Source of the DNA: a virus | Virus record (IMG/VR): IMGVR_UViG_3300002092_001548 | Coordinates: 32,001-96,000 of that record | Reading direction: 5' to 3' (one strand) | Length of the DNA stretch: 64,000 bases | In this document: in pieces, positions 19,026 to 30,016 of the stretch | Layout: every line of letters starts with the position of its first letter | How positions within the stretch are numbered: the first letter of the stretch is position 1 | Notes under the pieces: generated by a model | Database searches by the model: none | What the model was told of the DNA's origin: nothing | Seen by the model: the letters and a program-made list of their open reading frames with translations, nothing else | Made by a program: the position numbers and the translations under genes

Positions 19026-22000
19026 ATGGCTACAAACGCACAAATTAATGTAACAGCTAATACTAGCGGAGCTCAACGCGCGGTAGAGGCCATATTTAAA
19101 AAAGATTATAATCTTAATGTAAATATTAAAGGTGGGCAGCCTTTAGGGAGAATTACGGGTGACTTAAGTGAGTTTAATAAGTCGATGGAAGCAGCTAATG
19201 CTCGCGTTATTGCTTTCGGCGCTAGCGCCAGTGTTGTATATGGAATTCAAAAAGCATTTCATTCCCTTGTTGACTCGACTGTTGAGGTACAAAAAGCTCT
19301 AAACCAAATACAAGTTGTTCTTAATGTTAGTAATAAAGACATTACTCAATTTGGTGCTAATTTATTTAACGTAGCAAAGCAAACGGGGCAAAGCTTTGAG
19401 ACCGTTGCTGAGGCCGCAACACTTCTTTCTCGTCAGGGGTTAGGGATGGAAGAAACTTTAAAAAGAACTAATGATGCTCTGGTGCTTTCTCGTATTACCG
19501 GAATGGATGCTGCAAAGAGTGTTCAAGCCTTAACTGCTGCCGTTAACTCGTTTACAAGCCAAGCTGTTACCGCCTCTGAGGTTGTTAATAAATTTGCGAC
19601 AGTTGATACCCAGTTTGCTATCGGTGCCAAAGATTTGCCGGAAGCTATTGGTCGAGTTGGTTCTTCGGCGGCACAGGCAGGAGTCTCTCTGGATCAACTT
19701 ATTGCGCTTGTTACCGCAACTCAGGTTGCGACTGCTCGTGGTGGTGCCGTTATCGGTAACTCGTTCAAAACAATTTTTACAAGATTAGATCGTCCAAAAA
19801 CTCAGGCGCTATTGGAGAGTCTGGGGATTGGAACTACAGATGAAAATGGGAAAGCAAAAGGAACTATTGAACTATTACAGTCTTTGGCTGGTGCATATGA
19901 GGGACTAAGTAAAACTCAAAAGGGGCAAGTTGCAGAAAAGGTTGGTGGTGTATTCCAAATTAACATTTTAAAAGCAGCGCTAGCAGATTTAAATAAAGAG
20001 TATTCAGTTTATGGAAACGCGTTAAGGGTTTCTGCTGGTGCAACTGATGACGCTTATAAACGTAATGAGGCGTTAAATCAAACTTATTCGGCACAGTTAA
20101 ATGCCTTACAATTGAATGCAAAGCAACTTTCTGCAAATGTTGGCGAGAAGCTTTTGGGGCCATCAATGTCAAAATTAATTGGCGGCGCAAATTCTTTATT
20201 AGGTGGAATTAACGAGTCTGATTCAAATTCTGTCGGAGCTAAAATAGCAAACGGTATTCTTAGTGGCTTGGGCCAAGTCCTTTCGGGACCGGGGCTTGCA
20301 CTGATTGGCGGCGTTCTATTAAAACTGTTGGTTGACTTCACAAAATTTGCTGCTAGTGGAACAAAAGATTTATTGGGTCTAAATACTGCAACTAAAGAGC
20401 AGGCTGATTTACAAAAAAGTATAACAGCAATTCTTTCCAAGGATCCTTCAATATACAAGCAAATTGAAACTGGTGCGATGAGCGTTAATGACGTTTCTAA
20501 AGCACTTTTAGCTAATTTAAAATTACAGACCGCAGAATTAGAATTACAATCAAAGCTTTCGGCAGAAATAGCGAGTAAGGTTTTTGCTGGTGGCGCAAGA
20601 GTTAGTGGCGGTGTGGCTAGGGTTGGTAAGGCTAGTGGTTATATTCCTAATTTTGCAAGCGATGAGGATATGGAGGAGATGCATGCGAGAATGCTTGGTG
20701 CAAGGAACCCTCGCGCAAAAGAGGGGCGTGGAACTATTGGTGGCAAGAGGTTCCTAATGAATAGTGAGGAGGATGAGATTCCTAATTTTGGAAGTAATGG
20801 TGATTCGGCTGTTATTCCAAGATATGCCGGAGGTTATGTACCAAATTTTGCAGGACGACCAGCAAAAAGAAAGAGGCCATCGGATATATCTGCAGCTGAA
20901 AAAAAAGAGGCTAGAAGAGATGCTGGCCCACCTATAGACCTTGGTTTTACAAATGCTATTTCTTTGATATATGGAAGGAAGGCTGGTGTTTCAGATGCAA
21001 CTGGAACGTGGGAAGATAAAAATACATTCCAAAAATATAAATTAGGTTTTCATAAAGCTGGTTTGAAGTTGCCAGTAAACCCAAAGGAAGCAAATTTAGA
21101 AGATAGGCTTTTACAGTCCTTTATAGATGAAACTAATAATTATATTAAAATATTAGGATCAAATACAAGCATACAAAATGTTTCGCAATTTGCAAATACT
21201 GGATCTGTGAACTCAATGCTTGGTAACATATTTGAAACTGCTGTTAACTATGCGACTGGGCAAAATTTTATTGAAAGAGAGGGCGGTCAAGTTTCTGGGA
21301 TCGATTTTCCTGCTCCCCGCGATGAATTACGAGAATTATTTCATAATGCGCCTGGTCAATATGAAGCAAAACATAATGATTCTCAAAATCTTACGAACGA
21401 TGTTGTTAAAAAGGCTATTACAGCCGGATTGGTGCCAATACCTAGAAAGAGTCATGCTTCTGGCTATATTCCTAATTTTGTAGATGCACTACATGAATCT
21501 ATTTCCCGTGAAATTGGCGCCGGGGCCCCAAAGAGTGGAATCTATGTAAAACAATATTCTGAACTTGCCGGATCTGATAACCCAATGGGGCTTGGTGTTT
21601 TCAATTCTCGCGATGAGGGTTCCCCATCAAAAGAAAAGGGTGCAATTCGTCGTAAGGGTTACGCTGCTGGTTACGTTCCTAATTTCGCAGATGATTCGGT
21701 TTCGAGTGGTGGCGGTGATATGCGCGGCGCAACGACTGCGATGAGTGGAGAGTTGCTGTCTATGGTTACGATGATGGCTGTGGGCAATAAAGGTATAAAG
21801 AAATCATACGACGAGGAATTAGATAACAGAAGAAAAGCCACCGCGGAACTTATAACTGAAAATGAAAAAGAACTAGAAATAAAAAGAAATGCGGCATTAA
21901 AAGCTGTAGAAGATATTAATACTTGGACATCTCTTGAGGCGGAAGCTAGAAAAAGCGGGATAGCGGCAGATATTGAAGAAGCAGAGATGCATGTAAAGCA

Positions 22001-24908
22001 AAATTCTATTTTAAAAGCTGAATATACAAAAGAAGTAGAAGCACTACAAAAAGTACAAACCTCTCTAAATCAAGCTTCTGCTAAATTAGCAAATCCAAGT
22101 TTAAGTACGAAAGCATCGGTTGCTAGTGGTGCTTTTGGTCAGCAGGCTGCATTGGGTTTAACTTTTCTTGGGCCAATTCTTGCGCAAACAGTGGCGGCGG
22201 GTATCGATAAGACAACAAAATCTGGAAGAACTGACGCGGCAGTAGTTAAGGGTCTCGGAGATGTTGCTGCATATGCTGGTACTGGAGCTATGCTTGGGGG
22301 CGCACCGGGTGCCGTAGTTGGTGCTCTTATTGGGTCTTTCAGTGCGCTTAATGACGTAGTTAAAGAAATGAGCACGGATCTTCCTGAAGCAATGGCTAAA
22401 ACTAAAAAGGCATCAGAGGAAAAGACACAAACGCTTAATCAACAAAATACAGTAATGCCCTTACTAGAACAAATTCAAGATATTAGGAAGGGTGCTGGTG
22501 GAGTAGCTGGAACACAGCCAGAAATGGAAATTCGGAAAAAAGTTGATGAGGCTTTGGCTGGTAATGGTACTATGAGAGCTAATGTTGTTGCTAGTGATTA
22601 TAATTTTGATAATGTTAAAAACATATTTATTCAAGATGCAACTATTAAAGCTGATAATTTAAAACAAGCCCAATATGAGCAAACATTAACTGCTAGTTCA
22701 GAAAAAAGTAAAAATAAAGATTTTATTAGTTTTGGGAAGGACTTCAACACCGGTGGCGTAGCGCAGCTTAAGGTTGGAGTAGCAGATAAGGCAGAAAGTT
22801 TGCCGGTACTAGGAAATGTCGCTAAATTGGCAGAAGCGTTTAATTACGGCCCTTTCAGTGGCACGGCGGGAGCACGTCGCGCATTGAATGAAAAACAATC
22901 AAAAGCATCTGTTGAAACTGGGGAGAGTATTGGTGAACATATCATGTCTTCCATGAAGACTTTAGATGAAAAAAGTTTAATGGAAAAAGTGGAAGAAATA
23001 TCTAAGGCTAAAAATTTAACACAGTTATCTGCAGTTAGTGGTAGTGGTGTGTCTGGTGAAGAGCTGTATCGCCTTAACCAATCAGGTGTAAAAGATACGG
23101 ATGTTATTAATGGTGTTATAGATGCTTTCGGGAAGGCTGTGGTTTCTGCGAGAAATGCCGTCGCAAAAGCAAAGGAATTCGATGACGAGTTTGGCCCAAT
23201 CACCGCAATTCTTAAAAATAATAAAACTGCCCTAGACTCTGCTCTTAATGACTTCTCTAAATCATTGAAAATTGGTGCGGATCAAGTAAAATTTTCTGGA
23301 GAATTTTCTCGTGGACGGTCTGAGGCGAAAGAAAATTTTTACGAACAAACTGGGTTTTTGGGTTCCGCAAAAAAATTAGGAATTAGCAATACCTATAATG
23401 GTGTTATGGGTAAAGCTCACGATGAGAATGTTGCTGATATTGTTTCTTCTATTGCGGATGTTATTCCCCATATAACTGAAGGCATGAATATGGGGCCATC
23501 TACGTTTAGCAAGCCAGAGGCGGACGAGAAGGGGGTAAGACCTTCTGTGATTGGCGCGACTGTTGCGGATTTTAATAAAGCGGTTACTTCACAACAAGAA
23601 ATTACTGGTGGAGTAGGGGGTCTTGGTGACATGATTAGTGATATTTTAAGTAAAACAACCGCAACTAGAAATGTAAGTGGACTTGGAAATGTTAAGCAGT
23701 ACGATGTAGAGGGCGCTGTAAAGTCTTTTGAATCAAATCCTGCAATTGCTGGTATGAAAGCTAATGGAGATCAAAAGGAGTATGATAAATTGTTATCCGG
23801 ATTCAAGGGGAGTGTTGAAAGTGCAAATGATAAACTTATTGTTGCGCAGCGTGAGCTTGCAACACAAAGTGCAAAAAAGGTTGACGATTTAATTAAAGCT
23901 ACAATTGAAGGCTTTAACCGTTTTGGGGGTGGAATTCAATCTCTGCTTGATAATTCAAATCCAAATAAATCTGGAAATGATGTGTCTGATGCGGTTGGTA
24001 AACTAATGCTAACGGAAAATAGTAAGGGCGCTTCAAAAACAGATATTGCAAGGCAAGACTTGTCAGTTATCAAAAGTGTGAATACCATGATGGGTGGTAT
24101 TCCCGTATTTGATTCAAATAATCCAATATTTAAGGGACTCACTACGGGTACTCAAGAATCTTTAACAAAAAATTTAGACACGGCAGAGGCAAAGCTAAAA
24201 CAACAGGGACCGGGCGGAAAGCAAACAGTTATGGCCATGGAAGAGGAACTTTTAAAAACAACTGGTGCGGGCAATAGAAACGACGCGTTAAAAAGTATTG
24301 CTGAATTTCAATCTGTAAGGGCTACTGGTCTTAGAACAGATAATACTGATTTAGGTCAGAAGATGTATCAGAAACAAGTTGACGCTACAACCGCCAGATT
24401 AGAAAAATCTGGGCCAGAAGGTAAAGCAATGGCAGCGGCATACAAAGAATCCTCAAAAGCGGGATTAGACCCAACTACCGATGCTGTTTTGGGATTGAAA
24501 GTTAGTTATGATAGAATTGCGCAAAGCCAATTAGACGCTCTTAATAAGCTTACTGCAATAAATGATAAAAATATTGAAAGTAATCCTGAAAATAAAAAAT
24601 ATATGGAATCTAATTTAGATCCAGAAACTCAATCCTCATTTGATCGTATGAATAATCGCGCTAAAGTTAAAGGACAAATTGAAGAGCAGCAAGGCGGTAA
24701 TACACCAATTAATATTAATCCTTCCTTTACCATTAATCTTGCAAGTAATGCCCAAAACGTGCAGGCTAAAATGCCGGAATTTGAGAAGGATGTAAAGGGC
24801 GTAATACATAAACATTTTGGAGACCAAATGACTGCGGCGACAAATGTTGCAAAAAAAGACCCATCATTATATGGCGCGCCACAAACAAGTAAGCAATATA
24901 CAGCTTAA
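19026..24908 (+). CDS. tape measure protein with GY[IV]PNF-delimited inserts
   Basis: 1960 aa, Ala/Gly/Lys-rich helical. TP901-type N-terminal core (VAEAATLLSRQG...ARGGAVIGNSFKTIFTRL) and hydrophobic segments. Confidence 0.9.
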   Translation: MATNAQINVTANTSGAQRAVEAIFKKDYNLNVNIKGGQPLGRITGDLSEFNKSMEAANARVIAFGASASVVYGIQKAFHSLVDSTVEVQKALNQIQVVLNVSNKDITQFGANLFNVAKQTGQSFETVAEAATLLSRQGLGMEETLKRTNDALVLSRITGMDAAKSVQALTAAVNSFTSQAVTASEVVNKFATVDTQFAIGAKDLPEAIGRVGSSAAQAGVSLDQLIALVTATQVATARGGAVIGNSFKTIFTRLDRPKTQALLESLGIGTTDENGKAKGTIELLQSLAGAYEGLSKTQKGQVAEKVGGVFQINILKAALADLNKEYSVYGNALRVSAGATDDAYKRNEALNQTYSAQLNALQLNAKQLSANVGEKLLGPSMSKLIGGANSLLGGINESDSNSVGAKIANGILSGLGQVLSGPGLALIGGVLLKLLVDFTKFAASGTKDLLGLNTATKEQADLQKSITAILSKDPSIYKQIETGAMSVNDVSKALLANLKLQTAELELQSKLSAEIASKVFAGGARVSGGVARVGKASGYIPNFASDEDMEEMHARMLGARNPRAKEGRGTIGGKRFLMNSEEDEIPNFGSNGDSAVIPRYAGGYVPNFAGRPAKRKRPSDISAAEKKEARRDAGPPIDLGFTNAISLIYGRKAGVSDATGTWEDKNTFQKYKLGFHKAGLKLPVNPKEANLEDRLLQSFIDETNNYIKILGSNTSIQNVSQFANTGSVNSMLGNIFETAVNYATGQNFIEREGGQVSGIDFPAPRDELRELFHNAPGQYEAKHNDSQNLTNDVVKKAITAGLVPIPRKSHASGYIPNFVDALHESISREIGAGAPKSGIYVKQYSELAGSDNPMGLGVFNSRDEGSPSKEKGAIRRKGYAAGYVPNFADDSVSSGGGDMRGATTAMSGELLSMVTMMAVGNKGIKKSYDEELDNRRKATAELITENEKELEIKRNAALKAVEDINTWTSLEAEARKSGIAADIEEAEMHVKQNSILKAEYTKEVEALQKVQTSLNQASAKLANPSLSTKASVASGAFGQQAALGLTFLGPILAQTVAAGIDKTTKSGRTDAAVVKGLGDVAAYAGTGAMLGGAPGAVVGALIGSFSALNDVVKEMSTDLPEAMAKTKKASEEKTQTLNQQNTVMPLLEQIQDIRKGAGGVAGTQPEMEIRKKVDEALAGNGTMRANVVASDYNFDNVKNIFIQDATIKADNLKQAQYEQTLTASSEKSKNKDFISFGKDFNTGGVAQLKVGVADKAESLPVLGNVAKLAEAFNYGPFSGTAGARRALNEKQSKASVETGESIGEHIMSSMKTLDEKSLMEKVEEISKAKNLTQLSAVSGSGVSGEELYRLNQSGVKDTDVINGVIDAFGKAVVSARNAVAKAKEFDDEFGPITAILKNNKTALDSALNDFSKSLKIGADQVKFSGEFSRGRSEAKENFYEQTGFLGSAKKLGISNTYNGVMGKAHDENVADIVSSIADVIPHITEGMNMGPSTFSKPEADEKGVRPSVIGATVADFNKAVTSQQEITGGVGGLGDMISDILSKTTATRNVSGLGNVKQYDVEGAVKSFESNPAIAGMKANGDQKEYDKLLSGFKGSVESANDKLIVAQRELATQSAKKVDDLIKATIEGFNRFGGGIQSLLDNSNPNKSGNDVSDAVGKLMLTENSKGASKTDIARQDLSVIKSVNTMMGGIPVFDSNNPIFKGLTTGTQESLTKNLDTAEAKLKQQGPGGKQTVMAMEEELLKTTGAGNRNDALKSIAEFQSVRATGLRTDNTDLGQKMYQKQVDATTARLEKSGPEGKAMAAAYKESSKAGLDPTTDAVLGLKVSYDRIAQSQLDALNKLTAINDKNIESNPENKKYMESNLDPETQSSFDRMNNRAKVKGQIEEQQGGNTPININPSFTINLASNAQNVQAKMPEFEKDVKGVIHKHFGDQMTAATNVAKKDPSLYGAPQTSKQYTA

Positions 24909-24914
24909 TAACAT

Positions 24915-26558
24915 ATGGATTTCTCAAATGCTACATTAATAACTTCCAATTGGAAGAATCAGTTTCTTGGCGAAACAACTAGATATAAATCTATTCGTGA
25001 AATAAGTATAGAGGGATTGGTTCTTAATCTAACAAATACAGATGGGGCGAATGGAATTTTGGCCGCAACTACCCTTCTAGAAAGTGGTGCTCGCAACTGG
25101 GATCAAATTATTATTAATGGCTATAATTTTGGTTCTGGTATTGTTGACTCTTTTTCGTTTCCAGAGGGTAGGGATGTCCAGACAAAAACATATAACGCTA
25201 CAATAAAAATTCCACAATCTGGAGACTTTAGTTCTCTATCTTTAGCTTCGGGATATTCGGGTTTATCTTATAATTATTTTCAATATCTTGATGGCTTTTC
25301 TGAAACTAGTAATTTTAATAGGGGAATACAAAAAGAAGATTATTCTCAAAGTATTAAGTTTAGTTTAAAGGGGCCTTATACATTAAGTGGTGTTACTGCG
25401 GCACAGGCTATTGCCACTAGCTTCTTTAATAATAATTATCTTAATAATGTCTTAGGAACAAAGTATTCTGACAATACAGTTAAAAAATTCTATTCTGAAA
25501 GCTATGATTCAATTAATAATACTTTTGACTTTGCTAGGAATTTTGAAATAAGTACTGGTTCTAATTTGCAATATTCATTGTATCGTTCGCATACCTTAGG
25601 ATTTGATGCGGGTGGGGTTTCAAGAGTAACAGAGAAGGCTGATTATCTTGGGCATACAACTGTTCCATTTATTACTGTTTCACAACAGGCATTAGCTGAT
25701 ATGTCGGGTGCTTATGCAAGATGTACTGGTTTTTTTGGTGCCTACCAACAGAATGGTGAGGCTTCTTTATTAAGTCAGCCAATTGTTAAATCTGTTTCTA
25801 CCAATCCATTTAAAGCTACATTAGGCTATACGATGCAGTTTTCCAACTCTTTTAGTGTTCAATCTAGTGCATTTTGGGATTATACTATTGATATTAATGA
25901 ATCTCAGGGCGGTGTATTTACAGCAACAGAACAGGGCAATATTATTGGGTTTGGTCATATAGCAACGCCAGTTAGTCCAAAATATAATAATGCCTTAAAT
26001 TTTTGGCAGAATACAGTTAAAACTGGGGTTTCCGGCCGGGCCTCTAGTAGTTCATATTATACACCTTTTCCGTTATCTCAAAGTAAAACAATGAGGTTGG
26101 TAAATGACTCTCTTGTGCTAAATCAAATTGAGGGTAAAATAGATTATACTCAAAAGTTTTCAAATCAAGATTCAGTTTTATCAGCTACAGATATAAGAAA
26201 AGCCCTTGTAACAATTAGCTCTGAAAATACAAGGGGTTTAGTCAGTTATTTTAGTGTTCCAAACTATAAAGAAATTGCGCAAATTCAACCAAACGTAATT
26301 CCTAATTTAACTAACTATAGTGTTGCTCTAAATGGCCGTTCGGACGTTTCTATTTCAACATATTTATCAAAAGCCAGATCTTATCTTCCGGTTGGTTTTG
26401 GTGGGGGGTCTACACGCTCATCTTATGGACAGTATACTCCGCCCTCTGGTACGGTTGGTGCATCGGGGTATTGGTCGGATGCTAGTTATTCTTATAATCC
26501 CTTTGATAGAAGTTTTTCCCTAAATGCAACAATTACCTCTCTTCCTACCCGTAGTTAA
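24915..26558 (+). CDS. distal tail/hub-like protein
   Basis: 547 aa beta-rich protein, first gene after the tape measure. Confidence 0.5.
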   Translation: MDFSNATLITSNWKNQFLGETTRYKSIREISIEGLVLNLTNTDGANGILAATTLLESGARNWDQIIINGYNFGSGIVDSFSFPEGRDVQTKTYNATIKIPQSGDFSSLSLASGYSGLSYNYFQYLDGFSETSNFNRGIQKEDYSQSIKFSLKGPYTLSGVTAAQAIATSFFNNNYLNNVLGTKYSDNTVKKFYSESYDSINNTFDFARNFEISTGSNLQYSLYRSHTLGFDAGGVSRVTEKADYLGHTTVPFITVSQQALADMSGAYARCTGFFGAYQQNGEASLLSQPIVKSVSTNPFKATLGYTMQFSNSFSVQSSAFWDYTIDINESQGGVFTATEQGNIIGFGHIATPVSPKYNNALNFWQNTVKTGVSGRASSSSYYTPFPLSQSKTMRLVNDSLVLNQIEGKIDYTQKFSNQDSVLSATDIRKALVTISSENTRGLVSYFSVPNYKEIAQIQPNVIPNLTNYSVALNGRSDVSISTYLSKARSYLPVGFGGGSTRSSYGQYTPPSGTVGASGYWSDASYSYNPFDRSFSLNATITSLPTRS

Positions 26559-26580
26559 AGTGTAAAGTAAGAAGGTACTT

Positions 26581-28212
26581 ATGGTAAAGGTTTTATATAA
26601 TGGAATTGACGCTTTTGCGGCGAATGGTGCACAAACGCCATTTATCGCTATGTCTGATCAGATGATTAACTATGGTCAAAGATGGGGTGTGGCTAAAAAT
26701 ATTACCTTAAATGGTATGATTACTGGAAGCGCCTGTGGGTCTGGAGCGTATCTTTCTCTATTATCTAGTCAAACTGGAATTGTGGGCGCATTTTCACAAG
26801 ACTTTAAACCTTTAGTTATTCAAGATGGAGATGCAGTTTCTCTAAGTGGAAATTATATTAGGGTTAACTCTTTAGATTTTGATAAATCACCCTATTTTAG
26901 CGCGCTAAATTTTAAAATTGACTTAACTTATTATCCTCCAGAATTATTTACTGGAACATATGGAGTTACTGCGCCCGTATCAACAATAAAATATACGGAA
27001 CAACCTGATCGTACAGTTAATATTACTAGATCTTTTTCAGCAAAGGGTTTTAATACTGCTATTAATGGTCAAAATAATGCTCTAAATAATGCAATAAATT
27101 ATGTACAGTCCCTAACTGGTACTAATAATATTATATCTCCAGCTTTTATTCCCCTATTCGCCGCATCTGCAAATCCAAATGCGATTGCGTCTTCTAGTAT
27201 TTTACCAAGAAAAATTTCGGAAACAGTAAACCGAATGGACTCAACATATTCTGTTAATATTGATTATACATTAAGAGAAAATGCCCAAACATCAACTGTT
27301 CTGGGGTACACGGTTGACATAAACTATGATGAACAGCAGGGTTTTTATACCGTATCTTTTCATGGTACTTTAAATGGAACTCAATCAGAATCAATAGAGA
27401 GATTAAGACAAGAGTTTGCGCTATTGAATGTTTATCAGTTGACATATTATATATTTAATAACGCAACTCAATATCCATCTTTAAATCCAAATCCTCAATC
27501 CGTTAGTGTTAATGAAAATGAGCAAGATAACTTAATTGACTTTTCTTATACATACACAACAGACCCACAAACTGTAAAGTTTGATTATACAGTAACTTTA
27601 GATGGAGATAATCTCTCAGATAAAACTACAGTTGATTTTAACGGTACACTTACAGCAAAAGGCCCCCAAGCATTAAGGTTAGCCCAGTTAGAGTCACAAT
27701 TAGCAAATTTAAACGTTACTAACTTATGTCAGGTTGCTTATAACACAAATGCAAACAGCCCGGCCGTGATGAATCCTATCCCCAAGAAGTATAATATTAA
27801 AAGAAATTTGACAAATAATAATAATTCCTATAATATAAGTGCTAGCTTTGATAATTCTCCAATACCGCCGATTGCTGGGCTCAAGGCTTTTACTTGGGCA
27901 ATAGATGTAACGCCATCGCTTTTTGCCTATTATCCTATACAATTTTTAAATGGTGATAATGGATTATTTAATATGAACTACTATAAGCGTGGAAAAATAT
28001 CTATGAAGGGAAGTGCGCTTGCCGCAGATAATTCTGATTATAGTCAACAAATACTGTCACAAGCATTAAATATTTTTAATAACTATGCCGCATCTTTTTC
28101 TAATCGGGTTAGAGTAGAAAGCAAGATTACTAGAGATCAGTTTGCTGATGAAAATGGGTATAAATATAGCTTTGTGCTAACTGACACTTGCGAAACCCCA
28201 ATATTCTCATAA
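26581..28212 (+). CDS. distal tail/hub-like protein
   Basis: 543 aa; size and repeating strand pattern similar to the previous gene. Confidence 0.5.
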   Translation: MVKVLYNGIDAFAANGAQTPFIAMSDQMINYGQRWGVAKNITLNGMITGSACGSGAYLSLLSSQTGIVGAFSQDFKPLVIQDGDAVSLSGNYIRVNSLDFDKSPYFSALNFKIDLTYYPPELFTGTYGVTAPVSTIKYTEQPDRTVNITRSFSAKGFNTAINGQNNALNNAINYVQSLTGTNNIISPAFIPLFAASANPNAIASSSILPRKISETVNRMDSTYSVNIDYTLRENAQTSTVLGYTVDINYDEQQGFYTVSFHGTLNGTQSESIERLRQEFALLNVYQLTYYIFNNATQYPSLNPNPQSVSVNENEQDNLIDFSYTYTTDPQTVKFDYTVTLDGDNLSDKTTVDFNGTLTAKGPQALRLAQLESQLANLNVTNLCQVAYNTNANSPAVMNPIPKKYNIKRNLTNNNNSYNISASFDNSPIPPIAGLKAFTWAIDVTPSLFAYYPIQFLNGDNGLFNMNYYKRGKISMKGSALAADNSDYSQQILSQALNIFNNYAASFSNRVRVESKITRDQFADENGYKYSFVLTDTCETPIFS

Positions 28213-28216
28213 TACA

Positions 28217-30004
28217 ATGGCTGGAAATTCTGTACCATATTTTTTAAATTTATATAACGTTCTAAGCGGCGCGCTAGATATTTATTATGATTTTAAAACA
28301 ACTGGTACTTATATTACAAACATTACTGGGTCTAATTTAACTGGACAATTATCTAATACTAATTATAGTAGCTTCTGGCAAAATTCTGGAAGTGGTTATT
28401 TTTCTGGAACTTATGTATCAATTAATACATCTGGAGTTTCTGGCCTTAATTTAAGTAATACCACGTACTTAACTGTTTATCAAAAAACTACGCCATCTGA
28501 TGGTCTTTTAATTTCTACCGCATATACCGGAGTTGATCCTGTATTTGGTAAATATACCGGAGGGTTTGATTTTGGAGTAACAGCTAATAATTATTTATAT
28601 TTTAATTACTACGTTACTGGACAGACCCAAACATTTACTTCAGACGTTCCGTTGCCAGATAAGGTTTCCGCTTTCGTGACATTACAAAATAATTTAGTAT
28701 CTTTTGGTAATTATGATTATTATGCACAGCAATTTAATTCTGTTAATTATCCTATAAATTCTAACTACTTATTTAATCCTAGTGGTATTTATTTGGGCGC
28801 AAACCCTATAATGAATAATTCACGCCCATTTACTGGTTATATAGATGAGTTTTTGGTTTTTAGTCCTTCGGTATATCCTTCTTTAATAAAATATATTAAT
28901 AGCGGTTTTGCATATGACTATTCAGTCTTGACTTCCGGGCCGCTATCTGGACAATTCACTGGAGTTACTGGGACACAGGTTTATGTGACTGGATATTATA
29001 CAAATGTAACGGGTTATAATGTAATACCAACAGGTGTTATATATGATTATTTTGGTAATCAATATACAGGGGTTCAAGTTGTTCCATTAAGTTTAACTGT
29101 ATCTGGAACTGGATTACAACAATTAACTGGGGTAACAAGCCAGATTACGGGCTATTCTTCTGTAACAGCTTCTCTTTTTTATAATACTGGATATGTTGGT
29201 ACTTTTGGGAAGAGTACTATTAACTTATTATCTCCAATAATTAGTGGAGATGTTGTAGATATTAATTTGCCCACAAATGGTTATCCATTTGGTTATGAAA
29301 ATAATTTACGGTTGAGTTATAATACTATTAATGGTGGTTGTTTTAGTAACACATATTTAAAAAGTAATCCTAATTTAAATTATATAGTTTTTCAAAATGG
29401 TCTGACACTAAATTCTGGAGCTTATAGTGTAACAGGAACAGTTGGCAATAGTGGCATACGGTTCTCTAATGATTATTACATTGATCAAAAGAATAATATT
29501 TTCCTTGCAAATGGTTTTAATGGGCTTACAGATAATATTTCAGTTGCTTACGCAGATACATTTACTGGAGTTTATAATTCTGGTTTATATATACAAAATT
29601 TTAATATAAATAGTTTGGGTGGATCATCTGGTACTTATATATTACCTTGGAATGCTTCTTCGTATAATATATTTTATAATGGGCAAAAATTAATTAGTGG
29701 ATTGCAATATGGAATTACTGGTGGCGGCTCATCTATTTATTTTAAGACGGGTAATATTTTTGATAATAATTCTGGACAGCTTTTTGCACTACCCAGAAAC
29801 TTCCAGACTGAAATAACTGGTGGCACGCAAACATTCTATAATTTACCCATATTTTATGATAATTTTTCAGAAGTTTATAAGAATGGCCAACGCCTAGCCG
29901 TCGAGCAAGATTATTTAGAACTCGGCCAATATGACATTAACTCTGGTCAGGGTATTTTTGATACTAAACCTTATTTATTGTATAATAATAGTGATCTTTT
30001 CTAG
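28217..30004 (+). CDS. tail protein with LamG/concanavalin-like N-terminal domain
   Basis: IYLG...FTGYIDEFLVF motif typical of LamG-like domains; very rich in [ST]G. Confidence 0.55.
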   Translation: MAGNSVPYFLNLYNVLSGALDIYYDFKTTGTYITNITGSNLTGQLSNTNYSSFWQNSGSGYFSGTYVSINTSGVSGLNLSNTTYLTVYQKTTPSDGLLISTAYTGVDPVFGKYTGGFDFGVTANNYLYFNYYVTGQTQTFTSDVPLPDKVSAFVTLQNNLVSFGNYDYYAQQFNSVNYPINSNYLFNPSGIYLGANPIMNNSRPFTGYIDEFLVFSPSVYPSLIKYINSGFAYDYSVLTSGPLSGQFTGVTGTQVYVTGYYTNVTGYNVIPTGVIYDYFGNQYTGVQVVPLSLTVSGTGLQQLTGVTSQITGYSSVTASLFYNTGYVGTFGKSTINLLSPIISGDVVDINLPTNGYPFGYENNLRLSYNTINGGCFSNTYLKSNPNLNYIVFQNGLTLNSGAYSVTGTVGNSGIRFSNDYYIDQKNNIFLANGFNGLTDNISVAYADTFTGVYNSGLYIQNFNINSLGGSSGTYILPWNASSYNIFYNGQKLISGLQYGITGGGSSIYFKTGNIFDNNSGQLFALPRNFQTEITGGTQTFYNLPIFYDNFSEVYKNGQRLAVEQDYLELGQYDINSGQGIFDTKPYLLYNNSDLF

Positions 30005-30016
30005 CAATAATATATT

